Shown piece after piece: positions 26,029-36,973 of a stretch of DNA of 64,000 bases. The DNA is taken from assembly GCA_050084985.1 (NCBI GenBank), contig JBITNC010000001.1, positions 2,914,001 through 2,978,000 of the forward strand, read 5' to 3'. Each line of letters starts with the position of its first letter. The first letter of the stretch is position 1. The notes below the pieces were generated by a model. It saw only the letters and a program-made list of their open reading frames with translations, was not told the origin of the DNA and did not search any database. Position numbers and translations under genes: made by a program. The DNA is from Nageia nagi (taxonomy: Eukaryota > Plantae > Pinophyta).

Positions 26029-28045
26029 TATACCAAATATTTTCAAAAAATTTCAAACCTATAACTAAACCTTTCCTCTCGTTTGAACCAAACTTTCCAT
26101 TCCTCATAATTATGTTATTATTTGACATATGCTGAAATAATACTGCAATAAAGATAAATGTTCCCAATATTACCTATCATTAAGAAGTGCAATACTAAAA
26201 CCTGCCAAAATAGCAGCAAGAAGCGACAGGGGATTCCTCAAAAAAGCTAATCCTGTAACCAATGAATAAAGCAAAGAATCAACAGACAGAAATAATCCCA
26301 ACATATCAATAATGATAAAGGAACAGAAATTAAAATATAAATTGTATCTTTTACTTACCAAGAACAAATGTTATTATAATGAAATAATTGGTGCGGTAAC
26401 TGCAAATCAAATTGAGTACTGAGTCATTAAAAACGCTGTATGATAATGACTTGTCAATATAAAAAGCAGCATTTAAAATATATACTTAATAAGACAAAAA
26501 ATCAAGATCATAAATATCCAAACATCATTTCGTAGATGGCTTTATGGTTAGATCATGTGCATTCAATTCTTCAGAAATATTCAGTGACCACAACAATAAA
26601 GAAAAGGCCAGTGATATGCCAGACACTCTGCTGCTAAAGAGAACAAGATAGGCTTTAAGTAACTTCCACAAGCTATGGATGGGAAAATTAACTACCTTTA
26701 ACTTTTCTATTTTGTATTGCCCTCAGTGAAAAATGATATTATCTAAAGAGCATCAATTCTTACACAATCATCCACCTTCTGCTCGTATAGGTCCTTTCAA
26801 AGTTTTAGAAAGTTTAAAGGGCCCTTTCAAAGTTTTATAAAGTTTAAAGCCTGCATACTGTGCTGGATGATCGCATGTTACAAATCTTTGTATTGGGCTT
26901 GCCATGGCCTTTTCTAGAGCACCTGCATAAGGTAAAGCTACGTACTCAATGATGTTGCTTAAGTCTGACCTTGGGAGAAGCTCTGTAATCTTCATGTCAT
27001 ACTCTCTAAAAGGACAAACCGCATTTTCTCCTAAGGGGAACTGCTTAGCAAAGACATGTTCAATCATGATGGTCCTATAGTTGTTGATTACAATATGTCT
27101 CCTGATTTATGGATGAGGTAAATGATGTGTTGGATCCATGAATTCAAGACCTGCATGAAACTAGTATAAGTATTAAAGTCCCTCAATAGTAACATCTCCC
27201 ATGTTGTCCTGAGCCAAGTGATGTCCTCATAAAGGTCTTGGTAAGGGTCCCCTCAATGTGGATAGCGAGGTTGGATATGGCCAGAGGAAAGTAACATACG
27301 GCAAAGAAAAGATAATTGTTATATGTATTTATTTGGCAACAATGCTAATTGAATGGCCATAATTCCTCGCATGGCCACGTTTTGACCATGACTAAGGTTT
27401 ACCAACATGCTTCTATGTGATCAACTAGCATTCTAAAAGTTCTTGAACAAGTTCCTCATTCTAAAATCCACCAACACATGACACGTACAACATGTGAATA
27501 ATTTCTTGAACAAGTTCCTCATTCCATCCAGGACATAAGATATGTTAACAGCATTTTTACCCCAAAAAAATATGAATTTTACAAAAATAAACAATTAAAA
27601 ATGATCCCCACGTTCAGTTCATCAAATTTTAATGTACTAAGAAGTTGATCGTCATGATAAAGACAAACCTATATTTTCAGTTCCTCAAATTATGATCAGT
27701 TCCACAATATAACTACACATAATGTGCCAAATTCTAATTAAAAAGAACAACGATGGTGACGAAAATAAATCGCAAAACCGTCACCTGTTCGATTCACTCT
27801 TAAGAATTTTCATTCTATACAAAACAAAATCACAAACATTAAACATGAAAAATATGAATAAAGCGAAGAAGTAAATTCGTAATTTACTAGTAAAGATTGC
27901 ATTTAGCGCGGCTATTCCATTTGGAAAAACTTCGAGGCACCGTGAATCTGGAGAAGAATTCATTCAGAGGCCGGGGCGGGGCCGTCCAATCCACTTCCTG
28001 AAGAGCATCCACCAGATCCTCCACCGTCACATTTCCCCAATCCAT
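16700..28045 (-). CDS. PRA1.A: PRA1 family protein A (prenylated Rab acceptor 1), 7 coding exons, 210 aa
   Basis: Exons 28045-27888, 26399-26359, 26252-26174, 17380-17294, 17209-17118, 16972-16901 and 16803-16700. All introns are GT-AG with compatible phases; total 633 nt. Protein: [210 protein letters not shown]. It carries the PRA1 motifs NLYYYRTNY and LHASFR and the clade-A N- and C-termini. Confidence 0.96.
16901..16972 (-). CDS. PRA1.A: PRA1.A coding exon 6
   Basis: tatgcag acceptor; [23 protein letters not shown]; gtaagc donor. Confidence 0.95.
17118..17209 (-). CDS. PRA1.A: PRA1.A coding exon 5
   Basis: cttgcag acceptor; [30 protein letters not shown]; gtacaa donor. Confidence 0.93.
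17294..17380 (-). CDS. PRA1.A: PRA1.A coding exon 4
   Basis: catgcag acceptor; [28 protein letters not shown]; gtaagc donor. Confidence 0.95.
18559..18956. mobile_element. Older non-autonomous hAT-type MITE in PRA1.A intron 3
   Basis: 8-bp TSD GTTCAAAC at 18551-18558 and 18957-18964. Degenerate TIRs (CAGTGTTTAGAAAA vs the reverse complement CTCCATTTATAAAA). A/T-run-rich body. Confidence 0.7.
20404..23167. mobile_element. Large (2.76 kb) solo-LTR-like insertion interrupting the hAT transposase
   Basis: TGTT...AACA termini; near-TSD GATAG/CATAG; non-coding. Transposase sequence resumes after it. Confidence 0.75.
25041..25422. repeat. Tandem duplication, 2 x ~191 bp
   Basis: TGCATC...TTGGTGTTGGACTTGGTGCAAAGGATGATTC...TAATAAAAGGGCCAAA at 25045 and 25236. 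Confidence 0.93.
25916..26032. repeat. (TA)n microsatellite with TACA variants
   Basis: Directly visible in the sequence. Confidence 0.98.
26174..26252 (-). CDS. PRA1.A: PRA1.A coding exon 3
   Basis: gttacag acceptor; [25 protein letters not shown]; gtaata donor. Confidence 0.95.
26359..26399 (-). CDS. PRA1.A: PRA1.A coding exon 2 (41 nt)
   Basis: tttgcag acceptor; [13 protein letters not shown]; gtaagt donor. Confidence 0.95.
26860..27430 (-). mobile_element. LINE AP-endonuclease remnant (non-L1 type) in PRA1.A intron 1
   Basis: FFAVCYFPL at ~27280-27310, then after a frameshift [26 protein letters not shown]. This resembles the endonuclease motifs CYxPP...LLGDFN. Boundaries approximate. 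Confidence 0.6.
27888..28045 (-). CDS. PRA1.A: PRA1.A coding exon 1
   Basis: ATG at 28045; [52 protein letters not shown]; gtaaat donor at 27887. Confidence 0.96.
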
Positions 28046-28260
28046 CTTTCCTTTTACTTCTTAGCGGAGAGGTCTCTACGGATTTCCAAGATGGAATGGG
28101 AGGCTTCGAACCTCTGACGTCTGAAAGAAGAAAAGCAAGCTACGAAACCCTCGCTATAGCTCCTCCAGGGATCGAACCCTTGACCACCTGCAGGTGTTGG
28201 CTTTGATACTTGCCGTATTCGTTTACAGTTCCCGTCGAAGCGTTTATTTCAGCATACGAA
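28046..28260 (-). promoter_or_regulatory. CpG-retaining 5' leader / proximal promoter of PRA1.A
   Basis: Locally GC- and CpG-rich island directly upstream of the ATG, contrasting with the CpG-depleted flanks. Confidence 0.6.
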
Positions 28261-29839
28261 AAGTTTATAGACTTTTTTGGGGAATTTCTTATGGTATTTT
28301 AATTTTTACTTTTACATGAGATACTAGCACTTATGAAAACAATGTAATTTTTCTAATATAAATTTTTAATGAAAAATAAATTTTAATATCAAAATGTAAA
28401 AATATAACAAAAATTTGCATTCACAAATTACAAATAAAATAGTCACTTAGCATCTATTATTATTTAAAAGTTAATAGTTTGACTTTAAAAGAAAAATTTC
28501 TTGAAAAATTGTGAATGAGTTTAAAGTTTTTTTAGTGTTTATATGAGTAATCTTAATAAGATTTTCGAAACAATTTGTAGGAAGATTTCATAAAAATACT
28601 AGGTTTATAGAAAGCAAGATGGCTTTCATTCACAAGTAAGTGATGATTAAATTTGTGCTTCGAACATGATTTAACCTTTGGATGGAAATGTTATGGATTT
28701 CTAAGGTAGTTTTAAAACATGAGAACAGTTGTTTGGCAAGGATATTGAATAATTGGAGTTGGTAGTCTATTCTAAGTTGTTTAAAGAGTAGATTAAGTGT
28801 TGAAGTTGGCCTAGGAGATCTCAAAAAAATTAAATTTGACTTTATGAGGGTCATAAGTCCTTTGGGAGCAATATTTTTAGATTTTAAAACCTATATAAGG
28901 ATAATCTTGAGCATATCTTCGCAAGCATTTGTTCATGCTCAATAATAGATAACTTATTTTATCAAAGTTGTAGGTGTTATTTAAATTTGAAGAATCTAAA
29001 TATGTATTCATATGTTGTTGCTCTTTGTTTTTAAGACATAAGAGAGAACATAGCATAACCAAAAGTATGGTGAAAATGAAATATGATACATATATAGTTC
29101 ACTGATGGAACTAGATTACAAAGATGTTGTTTGAGAATGATATTCTCTTGTTCAACTAAATCTACTACAATTTAATGTAAAATCCTTATGAAAACCATAT
29201 CAAACCACTAAACTACAGTCCTACATGTTTCAGATGTTTACAACAACAATCCACACAAAAATGGAAACCAACCAAGCTAAGAAAATAACAAATAATTAAA
29301 AATAGTTGCACTTTGCCCGTGTAACAAAGCAGATCAATATGCATCAAATTGACTAGTCAAAAAGATTGGATCGATCATCTGACTATGTTAATCAATCATT
29401 CGACTGGTCTATGGATTAGATTATCAATTAGTCTTCTAAGGGATTGGACCTATCACGTTTGATTACAAAATATCAAAATCTTGATGATATCATTCTTTGA
29501 TCAGGCTCAAACTTCAATACTATCTATTTATTTAATTGAAGAGGTTACGAGTGGCTTGGGTATCAAGAATGGTGTTTTAAAAAAAGTAAGGAAGTTTATC
29601 TCTAAATTTATAAAGTGGAATAAGACTATATAATGCAAGTTCAAAATTATGATAGTAAAATAATAAAGTAAATATCATTATAACTGGTGGGGATATGCTT
29701 TTCCACCTTTTGTTATTCATTTTGCTTTTGTAATCATACATTTTACCTTTGCTTTCAAATCTTTCCCTTCCCTTAGGTTCGAGCCATTAGATCTCCCTAT
29801 CCCACTCCCCTTCTCAATGACTACAATTATTACTCAGCT

Positions 29840-32711
29840 ATGAGTGATGAACATCCAATGTTAGGATAGCCATGGTAGCTCCTCAAAGGTCTTTACAAAG
29901 CCTCTTTTCATAAGCGGTAAGCATGAACATCAATCCTCCTCTGCAAGTAGAAAAATTAATTAATAAAAGCTTAAGCCTTAAGATCTCATGGGAAATTATT
30001 GATCAAGCCATAAAAAAAGGATGTTACAACTTGATCGGTAAACTCCACTACGTTAGGCCAAACACTTATTTGGATAAGAAATGGGCAAAATTAAGATGGA
30101 AGAACAAAGGAAGCATGAAAATTATTGCATTTTGCAATGACAGCATGATGTTCGTAATAAATTATGTTGAAAATTGAGACTTTATATTAAGCACCCAGTG
30201 GTTCTTCGAAAAGCAAGGATTGTTTGTAGAAAATTGGAGGCTTAATTTTTAATATGGCTAAAGCATTAATTATCATGGCTCCAATATGGGTTACTCTTCT
30301 ACATATTCCATTCAACTTCTGTAATTAGAAATTTTTTGAAGGAATTATAAGACCTTTCAAAAAGTTTATAACAATAAATAATGTAATGAAGGCTCAATCA
30401 AGAATGATGGTGGCAAGGTTCTATGTTATGTTAGAATTTGGGTGAAGTTGTCAAAAATAATAACTCTAGAATCAAAGTTAGGAGATTGTATCCAAGAATT
30501 ACAATACAAGAATAATAATTACCTATGCTTAACTTACAAATAGGTTAGCCATAACTTAAGGTCTTATCTTATGAAGGTTTTATAAAATAAAGTTTACAAG
30601 AATTGGACACCCAGACAACACAAGGAGATGAATTCAAGTGAACTGAAGGAAGGAAAAATACCAAATGATCATGAAGTAAATATTGATAATCAAAAGGAGA
30701 AAAGGTAGGACTAAGAAAAGGAAAATTCAATGGTTGTATCGATAGCATTGACAACCATAGATAACCAGAGAGAACATATTAAAAGATACCCTAAGGTGTG
30801 AAGGAATAAGTAAAGATTAATTTCCTATTATATCAAGATCACATGAAAGCTCTCTCAATTTCCTTAATCATTAATAACACAAACTCAAAATAGCATTCAC
30901 ATAAGATGACACTGATATAAAGTGGTTCCTCCAACAATGGGAGTACATCCACTAATCTAAGCTCTTATTCTTAAAAAGCACTCTCTTACAACAACTCACT
31001 TATCCTACAACCTAGATAAAAGCATACCTTTTCTACAAACTTGAGTGAATAACTAAGAGGAAAAACCCTATATTTATAGGGCAAAATCCTACCTTATATC
31101 ATCCTTTTAACTATTGTATAATGTCATGACATGCATCATCTTTTTACCCAAGGGCATGCTCATGAGATGGAATGAAGGACAAGTTACATTATCATATTCA
31201 CTAAATACTTAAGGTATATAGGGATACCCTTAAGTAGTAAGTGAATTACATGAAGATACCTTACAATAATGCATTATACATTCCAACAAAGTGGAGGAAC
31301 AAACTAGTCAATCTGAAAAGGAAAGATGGACAAAGGGAGATCTAAGAGGAAATCACTTAACAAAGAAGGAATCATAGATAATCATATAGAGAGTAAATCA
31401 AAATTTAAGGATAATATAATTAAAGAAACATAATTTATCAAGAATAATCTTATAAGTAACATGAATTACATCCATAAAAGTAAACTATGCACCTAAACAT
31501 GTTAGGCGTACAAGCAAATGAGAAGTTAAAGAAAAATAACCTACAAGGGAGGTGGCAGATGGTAAGCGATCAACATTGGATGGTTTTAGAGTAGAGTACC
31601 CATAAAAGTTAATAAAATATTATCATCATCTCATGAAATGTGAGGGGGTTAAATCCCCCCTCTATGTATAGGATTTTGTATGATGATTGTATGATATTAA
31701 AGCTTTATATTTTATTGTTGTAAGAAACAATAGTTAGAATAGAGAAGATACAATATATTAAACATTGGATTTAGAGTGAAGTAGGTATGGAAGTTGTTAT
31801 GGCTCAAGCGAAGTCAAAATAAATTATGTCTTTCTAGAAATTAGAGAAATTAAAAGGTGAGTTGATCCTCTAATCCTTCAATTTGTTGTACTTAATGCTA
31901 CTTGAAAAGAGTTTGGAACCAAGATCCATATTTTGGATGTGTATGAACCAAAGACACTTTAGGAAATAAAGGCACTATGGATGCAAATGGAAAGATTGAT
32001 GATTGATAATATTTGTGAGCCATATATTGTTATCATATATTTCAACACCACCTTGTATTCTTATGAGAAAATAGGAGGGATTATTGATGCACCTCAGTTA
32101 GAATCAATGAAGGGTTTGGAGTACTTTGTTGGTAACTCAAGCCTAGTAGATTTGGAATTCCATGGCAAGAAAATACACTTGGAAAAATAAGCATGAAGGA
32201 ATGGAATTAATCATGAGTAGGTTGGATAGGATCATGATCTCAATTGCCTGGGTTCATTTATTCGCAAACTACCTAATGAAATCCTTGCCAAAAATAGGAT
32301 CATACCATAATCTATTACTTCTTAAGATATAAAATTAGAATAAAAAAGGAACTTATTTCAATTTGAAAACATGTATCTAACACACTCGAACTTGGAACCA
32401 AAAGTCAGGGAATGGTGGAATGTGATAGTGCATGGTACAAAAACATTTAATTTTTTTTTTTAAAAAGATCCAACATATAAAGGAAATACTAAGACCTAAA
32501 ACTAGGTCTTTGGGAGAATTCAAGATGAAAAGACCCACATGAAAGAAATGATCAAAGAGATTGATAATTAAATTATGGAAAGGAGGAGAATTTCATAACT
32601 CATTATTAAAGAAAAAGAAGCCCTTTGCAAACTTCATTTAGTTTGGTATATGAAGAAAAACATTGGCGTCAAATATCCAAGGTAACCTAGTTGGAGATTG
32701 AATACTGAAAT
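29840..32711 (+). mobile_element. Degenerate L1 LINE 5' part (ORF1 DUF4283-like plus ORF2 endonuclease), copy 1
   Basis: YNLIGKL...WAKLRW, WFFEKQGLFVENW and PIWVTL in ORF1. IIS*NVRGLN at ~31625, FQFENM...VREWW, WRQISKVT. Truncated by an LTR element. Confidence 0.85.
30799..31288 (-). mobile_element. Solo LTR (copia family also seen at 46383 and 62176)
   Basis: TG...CA; near-TSD AGGTG/AAGTG; empty site in the paralogous copy at ~42655. Its end is the reverse complement of TGTTGGAATGTATAATGCATTATT. Confidence 0.88.
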
Positions 32712-35343
32712 TGATCCAAAATGGATCATATATAATGAATATCAAGTGGCATTTGGAGCATTTCCTAATCATATTATGAAGTTATCATATCTAGAACCTA
32801 TCATAAAAATAGATCAATCATATTTGGAAGGCATAAATTTTGATAGATATATCTAATTGAGTTGATTCTTTTTTCATTATATGCTCATAAAATATACCTT
32901 TCCAATGAGTATATGCATGCCTACCTATGTGGAAGATTTGACCTTTATAAGAGATATTTTCATGCAAATTATCCTTATCCAAAATATCATAGAAAGGGCA
33001 TCCACATCGTGTTATCAATCAAACTAGTGTATCCATGTTGTTGGAATAGTAGAACCTTGAGGTAAGTGAATCATCGTGGACACCTCATGGAGGCATATGA
33101 AGTGAAAGATCATTTGAAGGTAAAGAGACAAATTTGGTAATGGAAAGAAAATCCTTAAGGATCATTTGGAAAAAGAAAGAAAGAAGAAGAGAAGAGCAGG
33201 AGAAGGAAAAGAGTGGAGCCATTATTGTGGTTGGTTCCTACCACATGTGGAACATACCAAACCATGAATGATTCATAGTTTCAATCACATACTTTTTTTA
33301 TTTACTATATTAAATAATGGAAGATGTAGAATGAACAACATCATAGTCATTATATGCTTTTATGTTTGTTGTTTGTTGGGTGGACAAGATCATAGCCTGT
33401 TGATCAATATATGATGTGAGAACCCTAGTGTAGGGTGAATAATATCATAGTCATTCTATGTTATTCTTTATTATGTATTGGATAGATCATATAGTATAAT
33501 GGTGATAAGTTACATTATATGTAAGCATATTGTTTTTTATGGAAAAATATGATGTGTTTCTAGTACATATTTTTCCTAGTTGTTGTTGGGATTTACAATA
33601 GTTAGAGATAAAAGAAAACCTTCATGTTGTCTAATAAGAATTATATAATAAGATTGTAAAAGTTTTTTAGCTAGTTGTTGAGAGTACTCATTGATGAGAT
33701 GTCGATAGTAGAGTTGGGATCATGGATGGCATTGAAGATAGAAATTAAAAATGAAAACATTATCAAAGGAACAACACCGACATTGTGGTTGTAGAGATAG
33801 ATATAGTGTAGATGTCATTACAGTAGTGAAAAATGTAATCTTGAGTTGTACAAAATATTAGCAACTTGGAGAATATTATATATCAGATTTGGTTGATCAA
33901 GAGAGGAGCAAAGAAGACTATAAGAATACTAAATAAGTTATATAAATTTCTAAAAATAAAGGCATAGTATCTAGCTTTGTAATTGTGGCTTAAAAAATTA
34001 TTGATAAATAAGGGGATGTACTCTTACATTGAGGGGAACCTCTATAAATACTTATGTTATGTATGTAGATATTCATTCTTTATTAGTTATACATTGATAT
34101 TGATGCATATTAAGAACATAAAGAGTATAAAGAGAAATGGAAATATTTTGAAATCTATATTTGAGGATTCAGGTAAGCCATACACTTTCGATGATTATAG
34201 ATCATGTGGTGTCAAAGTTGGTTGAGATTGCTTTTGGCATTACTAATCCATTGTAAGAATACTTGGAGTTATTGAATCCATGAAGAAAGGTGCAAGAATG
34301 TAAAAAAAAAAAAAGAGACATAACATCATGTGAAAAGAGGACACTAGTTTGGATTTAGAGATATAGATTCTTCAAAATAAATTCATAAGCATTTGGAGAC
34401 CAAATACCTCCTAATTAGGGAGGTATGATCCAAAATATATCATATATAATGAATATCAAGTATCATTAGAGTGAGAATTTCATAAATTGTCATGCTTAAG
34501 TGGTGTTTAGAGCATTTATTAATGGTCTTATGGAGTTATCATATTTAGAACCTGTCATAAAAATAGATCAGTTGTCTTTGAGAAGGCATAAATTTTAATA
34601 AATATATCCAATTGAGTTTATTCTTTTATCATTGGATGATCATCAAATATATCTTTCTAATGAGTATACGCATGTCTACCTTTGTGAAATATTTAACCTT
34701 CGTAAGAGATGTTTTTGTGCAAACTATTCTTATCTAAAATATTGCAAGAAGGGCATCCACGTCATGCTATCAATCAAAATAGGGCATCCATGTTATTGGA
34801 ATATTGAAACCTCAAGGCAAGTGAAGCATCATAAACACCTTATGGAGGCAGATGTAGTAAAAGATCATTGGAAGATAAAGAGATAGGTTTGGAACTAAAA
34901 AATAACTCCTTAAGGATCATTTGGAAGAAGAAATAAACAAGAAAAGAGAAAGAAGAAGAGGAGAGGAAGAGAAGGAAAAGAGTGGAGCCATTATTATGAC
35001 TGGTTGACACCACATGTAGTGCAAATCAAACCATGAATGATGCATAGTTTCAGTCACATTCTTCTTTTCTTTTTCATATTCAATTTTATAAGATATTGAA
35101 TGAACAACATCATAGTCATTATATGTCTATATGTTTGTTATTGGTTGGGTGGATAAGATCATAGCCTATTGATCAGTATGCGATGTAAGAACCTTGGTGT
35201 AGGGTGAACAATATCATAATCATTCTATGTTATTTTTCATTCTGTATTTGTTAGATCATACAGTGTAATGGTGATGAGTTATATTATATGTGAGCATATT
35301 ATATTTTGTGGAAAAATATGATGTACTATTATTGAGATTTACA
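32712..35343 (+). mobile_element. Non-autonomous LTR element (LTRs ~0.9 kb, internal ~0.83 kb), copy 1
   Basis: Direct repeats 32712-33597 and 34426-35343 (TGATCCAAAA...TTTACA). PPT-like AGGGAGG before the second repeat. No recognizable pol. Confidence 0.75.
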
Positions 35344-35345
35344 AC

Positions 35346-35659
35346 CACTACAACAAAAATCCCATTTAGTGTTAGACTAGTTAAATAATATATCTTGACA
35401 TCATTAGCATCAATAGATGTCAAAGCAACATCAAACATTGATTCAATGTAATTTTTTTATTTTTTGACGTTATTACTGACTCTATTTCTCATGTTATATT
35501 TGATGCTAATAGTGTTAGAAAATCCTAAAAATAAAAAAAGCCAAGATCACACATGGATCATCCACACAGATCATGATCTAACCATAGATCAGGTTATTTA
35601 ATCAATGGTTTAAATTATTTGGGGTGAAGCATGTAATGCATATTTTTCTTACTACAAAT
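35346..35659 (+). mobile_element. Orphan CACTA transposon end
   Basis: Starts with CACTACAACAAAAA, a typical CACTA TIR, exactly where similarity to the LTR stops. No partner TIR seen. Confidence 0.55.
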
Positions 35660-36973
35660 TGTTGGGATTTATCGATTAAATAAAAATTTAATCTTCTCGA
35701 AGCAATATATCAGAGATTCAAATTACAACGGAATAAATAATGAAAGAGAAAACTAACATACTCAACAGTAAACAATAGAAAACACAACATGTGTTATGTT
35801 TCACCCAAAATATGGGCTACTCCATAAAAATAATCCTTCTTCTATTATTCCTCAGAGATCTCCCTTACAATAATGTTACAATCAATCCTCTCTGAAATAG
35901 AGTCTGGAACCCTCACACGCTAGTCTCTCCTTACTCTTCTTCTTATCAACAATCCTCTCTCAAACTCAATCTTGTACCTTACACAATAAATTTGGAGTAT
36001 ACACATAATATAATTCCCTATCATACTTATAGCAATAAGGTTACAATATGTCTTGGGCAGCCATGCAACACACTAAAATTAGAAAAAATAATTTATTTAC
36101 TGAAGGTGGTTATTGATAAAAAATAAATAAACTTACCAATTTTAGGCTCCAAAAAACTAAAAATCTCCCACTTAGAGACTGAAATTTCTATAACAACCCT
36201 ATAGCCTAGGTATAAATCATAATAACTCTACCATTATTACATCCTTTGAAGATAACTCTTCAATTAAACAAGTAACATCACTTCCTCTAGATTATTGTAT
36301 CCATGCTTTGAACCATCACACCAAACTAGTATCATCCATGCACTTTTATCCTATGATCAACAAGAAACACATAATCTACCTACCATAAATCAATGATAAT
36401 AACAACATCCACATAATTACTATGTATCATGGTGAATCAAACATCATCAATGTATCAAGATCTACATACTATGGATGACCCATAGCATGTACACATACAA
36501 TATGACTTTATCACTAGCTTTGAAAGCACACTCCTTGCATGTGGAATTACCTTCCAACGTAGGGATTTGGGGTCATAATTATCCAAAGATATAACCATAT
36601 TATGGATTCCATCCTAAAATTATATACAATAAATCTTGATCCATATCCATCTTCTTGGAAATGTCTCCCAGCTGTCATTGCTTACTCATCCTCTATACAT
36701 GAAAGAATCAAGACCTATTCATTAGCTACATTTGCTTCCTCTTCCTCTATTTTTTGAGCCCAATAGTCCTTCTTTAGGTGTCCCTTCTCATGATAATATC
36801 AACATTCCAATCATCCCTTACGTTGTATATGGATCATCCTTTTCAAAGGAAGTATTGTACATCGAACTCATCCTTTACTTGATATTCACAATATTTACAT
36901 AGCATTGGTGGAATTCTCAAGGTTTCATCTTAGTGCAAGGATGGGTGGTTTAGCCCATGGAATTCTAATACCA
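35660..36973 (-). mobile_element. Internally deleted copia remnant (3' LTR, PPT, gag knuckle fragment, PBS)
   Basis: LTR-like 35660-~36161, reverse PPT AATCTCCCACTT at ~36162, decayed knuckle (HEKGHLKKDYW) at ~36760-36800, reverse PBS TTCTAATACCA at 36963-36973. Confidence 0.65.

Larger units (their letters stand above)
19089..26060 (+). mobile_element. Degenerate hAT DNA transposon (BED finger, DUF659, C-terminal dimerization domain) in PRA1.A intron 3; ends approximate
   Basis: MPKKLDPFW*...CKLC at ~19846. [31 protein letters not shown] and [16 protein letters not shown] at 23340-23605. [14 protein letters not shown] and [13 protein letters not shown] at 23700-24150. PNLQRL...ILSQTC and [10 protein letters not shown] at 24500-24650. 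Stops and frameshifts present; TIRs not resolved. Confidence 0.85.
28602..35343 (+). repeat. Segmental duplication, copy 1 (paralog 40607-46382)
   Basis: Colinear similarity starting at GGTTTATAGAAAGCAAGATGGCTTTCATTCACAAG in both copies and running through the LINE fragment and the LTR element. Confidence 0.92.

Noticed and set aside
25823-26167. IY/YI-repeat ORFs
   Set aside because: Translation of the (TA)n microsatellite.
26768-27067. 99-aa ORF as a nested gene or alternative exon
   Set aside because: No recognizable product, its end is made by a 31-bp tandem doublet, and it adjoins a LINE remnant. PRA1.A is complete without it.
28095-28230. tRNA gene
   Set aside because: B-box/T-loop-like motifs only; no acceptor stem, anticodon arm or cloverleaf.
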